DNA from: Woeseiaceae bacterium
GTDB lineage: Bacteria; Pseudomonadota; Gammaproteobacteria; Steroidobacterales; Woeseiaceae
DNA: 64,000 bases
NCBI GenBank assembly: GCA_024640365.1
Contig: JAHEFE010000004.1
Coordinates: forward strand, 39,959-103,958
Direction: 5' to 3'
In this document: positions 61,801 to 64,000 of the stretch, in pieces
Layout: each line of letters begins with the position of its first letter
How positions within the stretch are numbered: position 1 is the stretch's first letter
Made by a program: the position numbers and the translations under genes
Notes under the pieces: model-generated
What the model was told of the DNA's origin: nothing
Seen by the model: only the letters and a program-made list of their open reading frames with translations
Databases searched by the model: none

Positions 61801-64000
61801 ATGGAGCTTCTCAGTGCGACGCAAGAAATATCTTTGTCCTTATGGGCCGGTAACAAGGCTACCCGACTCGCAGAGTTGTCTGAGGCCGGCTTCAACGTGC
61901 CGCCATTTTTTGTGCTGCTTGCTAGCGAATGCCGTAACAACCCAGCGGATATTCTAGGGGCCTGTGGTGCGTTGGAGAAAGCACTGCGAAAACTTGGTGG
62001 TGACTCGTATGCAGTGCGCTCGTCCTCGATCGAGGAGGATTCCGCACAGAACTCCTTTGCGGGGCAATTCGATAGCTTCCTGAATGTCGAACCTGCAGAT
62101 GTACGCGCGCAAGTTCGTGCGGTGCTGCAGTCCAACGAGAGCCCGCATTTGAATACGTATAAAAGCCTACAAGGCGTCAGGCAGGAACTTGCCACTCCCG
62201 CCGTCATCGTGCAAAAGATGATTGCCGCCGACTACGCCGGCGTCGCCTTCGCTCTGGACCCGGTTACCGGGGACCGCAATACCATCACCGTTGCTGCCGT
62301 TCGCGGACTTGGTAATAGACTGGTGAGTGGTGCGGAGCAGGGTGATACATGGCGCCTGGATGCTCGCGGTAAAGTGATTAAACAAGAGGTAATGGAAAGC
62401 GCCAAGAAATCGGTCCTTTCAAGACAGCAACTTAAAAAAGTATTGCGGCTAGTACTTGATGTTAGTGAGTACGTTGGCAAGCCGCAGGATATTGAGTGGG
62501 CCATGCAAGGCGGCCGACTGTTCTTGCTTCAAAGTCGCGATATTACGGCGACACCAAAGTGGTCGGTGGGCGCCGAGCAATTTGGGCTCTGGGACAATAG
62601 CAATATTGTCGAAAGTTACGGTGGGGTCACAACACCCTTAACATTTTCTGTGGCCCGAACCGCTTACCGAGAGGCATACAGGCACTATTGCAAGGTCGTC
62701 GGTGTGTCGACTGCTGCAATCAAGGCCAATGAGCGCGCTTTCGATGAAATGATTGGGCTCATTAGAGGTCGTGTTTATTACAACCTGCTCAACTGGTATC
62801 GGCTGTTGATGTTAACGCCTGGATTCAAATTCAATAGCAAATTCATGGAGCAGATGATGGGCGTGACCCAGGGTTTGCCCGAGGGAGTATTGCCAAAACA
62901 TGGCGAGCAGAACCGTTTCGCCGCAATTCGTGCGTACATTGGAATGGCCAATGTCAGTACGCGAATGCTGTGGCACTTAATATGGCATGGCAGGAGTGTT
63001 GTGAAATTTCATGAGCGGCTGAACATTGCTTTGCAGGATGTGCCACTCGCGACGAAGAATACAGAAGCCTTGCTGGCTGAGTTTGATCGTCTCCAAAATG
63101 AGGTAATTCCTCACTGGGATACGCCGCTACTTAACGATATGTATTGCATGATTTTTCATGGAGCGTTGCGAGCCGTAACCACTCGTTGGCTGCCCGCAGA
63201 TTGTTCAGATCTACACAATGCCCTCGTGAGCGGAGAAGCCGGCATCATAAGTCTTGAGCCTATACAACTCATGCAGAAAATGGCCGCGTTGGTGGCTGTA
63301 ACCCCAGGATTGGCAAAACTGATGCAAGAGGGCAAGCGGATTGATGTCGAACGGGCTATTGCCAGCAGTCCGGGTCTTTTCGAACTCTATTCTAATTACC
63401 TTGATCGTTTCGGCGACCGCTGCGTCGATGAACTCAAGCTGGAAAGTGCAACACTGCAGGAAGATTCCCTGCCATTGCTACGCGCGATAGGCCGCATGGC
63501 AACAGATTCACCCAATCGTCCCAAAGGGATCGTCAATCAGCGGAAAGTTGCTGAGGATCGGTTGGCATCGGAATTTGCAGGTCGGCCGATTAAGCGACTG
63601 GTTTACGGTTGGCTTTTGGGGTTGGCACGAGCGCGAGTACGTGACCGTGAAAATATGCGCTTCGAGCGGACTCGTGTGTATGGCAGGGTTCGGCAAATAT
63701 TTCTCGAACTAGGTGAGCGCTTACAGAGTTTGGGCGCAATCATCGCGTGTGACCATATTTTTTATCTTGATGTTGCTGAAATTCGCGGCTATATCCGAGG
63801 TAATGGGACCGTACCCGATATACGAAAATTGGTGTCCTTGCGTCGTTCGGAATTTCGTACTTTCAATGCGGAAGCCTCGCCGCCGCGCCGTTTTATTACT
63901 CAAGGGCCCGTTCAGTTGCAGAGCTCGATACGGATAATACCTTCCGTCGATGCCAGTTCAGATGAAAATGTGCGCAAGGGGCAGCCGTGCTCTGCAGGAA
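61801..64000 (+). CDS. PEP-synthase/PPDK-family dikinase with rifampin-phosphotransferase-like architecture (3' end outside window)
   Basis: My own translation; the frame is open from ATG 61801 to the window end and is not in the ORF track. WAGNKATRLAELSEAGFNVPPFFVL...AVRSSSIEEDS...SFAGQFDSFLNV...DIEWAMQGGRLFLLQSRDIT is a PPDK_N ATP-grasp. It is followed by a long helical middle domain. At the window edge, ...VRKGQPCSAG looks like the beginning of a swivel phospho-His domain. The start is 2 nt after the upstream stop. Confidence 0.75.
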   Translation, partial: MELLSATQEISLSLWAGNKATRLAELSEAGFNVPPFFVLLASECRNNPADILGACGALEKALRKLGGDSYAVRSSSIEEDSAQNSFAGQFDSFLNVEPADVRAQVRAVLQSNESPHLNTYKSLQGVRQELATPAVIVQKMIAADYAGVAFALDPVTGDRNTITVAAVRGLGNRLVSGAEQGDTWRLDARGKVIKQEVMESAKKSVLSRQQLKKVLRLVLDVSEYVGKPQDIEWAMQGGRLFLLQSRDITATPKWSVGAEQFGLWDNSNIVESYGGVTTPLTFSVARTAYREAYRHYCKVVGVSTAAIKANERAFDEMIGLIRGRVYYNLLNWYRLLMLTPGFKFNSKFMEQMMGVTQGLPEGVLPKHGEQNRFAAIRAYIGMANVSTRMLWHLIWHGRSVVKFHERLNIALQDVPLATKNTEALLAEFDRLQNEVIPHWDTPLLNDMYCMIFHGALRAVTTRWLPADCSDLHNALVSGEAGIISLEPIQLMQKMAALVAVTPGLAKLMQEGKRIDVERAIASSPGLFELYSNYLDRFGDRCVDELKLESATLQEDSLPLLRAIGRMATDSPNRPKGIVNQRKVAEDRLASEFAGRPIKRLVYGWLLGLARARVRDRENMRFERTRVYGRVRQIFLELGERLQSLGAIIACDHIFYLDVAEIRGYIRGNGTVPDIRKLVSLRRSEFRTFNAEASPPRRFITQGPVQLQSSIRIIPSVDASSDENVRKGQPCSAG

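Noticed and set aside
59641-64000. Complete mevalonate pathway cluster
   Set aside because: Within the window only HMGR is present. There is no HMG-CoA synthase, thiolase, mevalonate kinases, decarboxylase or IDI, so I describe it as an orphan HMGR cassette instead. The region beyond 64000 is unseen.
1-64000. CRISPR arrays, rRNA/tRNA genes, IS elements or transposases
   Set aside because: Reading both strands by eye I found no regularly spaced direct repeats, no tRNA-like T-arm or acceptor patterns, no transposase-like ORFs and no terminal inverted repeats. Short repeats may have been missed without computation.

Overview
Gene-dense 64-kb chromosomal segment with about 57 protein-coding genes and moderate GC. 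The gene content looks like an aerobic or microaerobic marine or aquatic Gammaproteobacterium, which is inference only. I saw no rRNA, tRNA, CRISPR array, IS element or intact prophage. All functional calls rest on motifs and family signatures read by eye from the supplied translations; no database search was run.

Layout:
- 1-4.5 kb: partial MipA-like outer-membrane gene and two tandem paralogous membrane-anchored TPR proteins.
- 4.8-16.3 kb: housekeeping and accessory genes: esterase, SDR, RarD, GST, patatin, RND efflux pair, Zn-peptidase, AlaX.
- 16.4-25.6 kb: a tightly packed redox operon (PyrK/NfnA-like, GltD/NfnB-like, KorA, KorB, and a 750-aa orphan ending in a ferredoxin domain). An FNR-type regulator lies downstream and a Cys-rich divergent gene upstream.
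- 26.8-39.5 kb: a large locus of exported hydrolases (M14 peptidase, four amidohydrolase-fold proteins), an MFS transporter and a Tat-exported flavoamine oxidoreductase.
- 39.6-59.4 kb: ClC channel, small RHH cassettes, a palm-less PolX-like protein, MarR, SPFH, DUF3300, cupin, Hsp20, ADH, cytochrome c, OsmC, QueC/QueE and an M13 peptidase.
- 59.6-64.0 kb: a translationally coupled trio of class-I-like HMG-CoA reductase, a divergent UbiA-like membrane protein and a rifampin-phosphotransferase-like PEP-synthase-family dikinase that runs off the window.

Best candidates for an undescribed system:
- The KorAB/Nfn-like/ferredoxin-scaffold operon. Its first gene carries an integrase-arm-like N-terminus.
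- The orphan HMGR/UbiA-like/dikinase operon.
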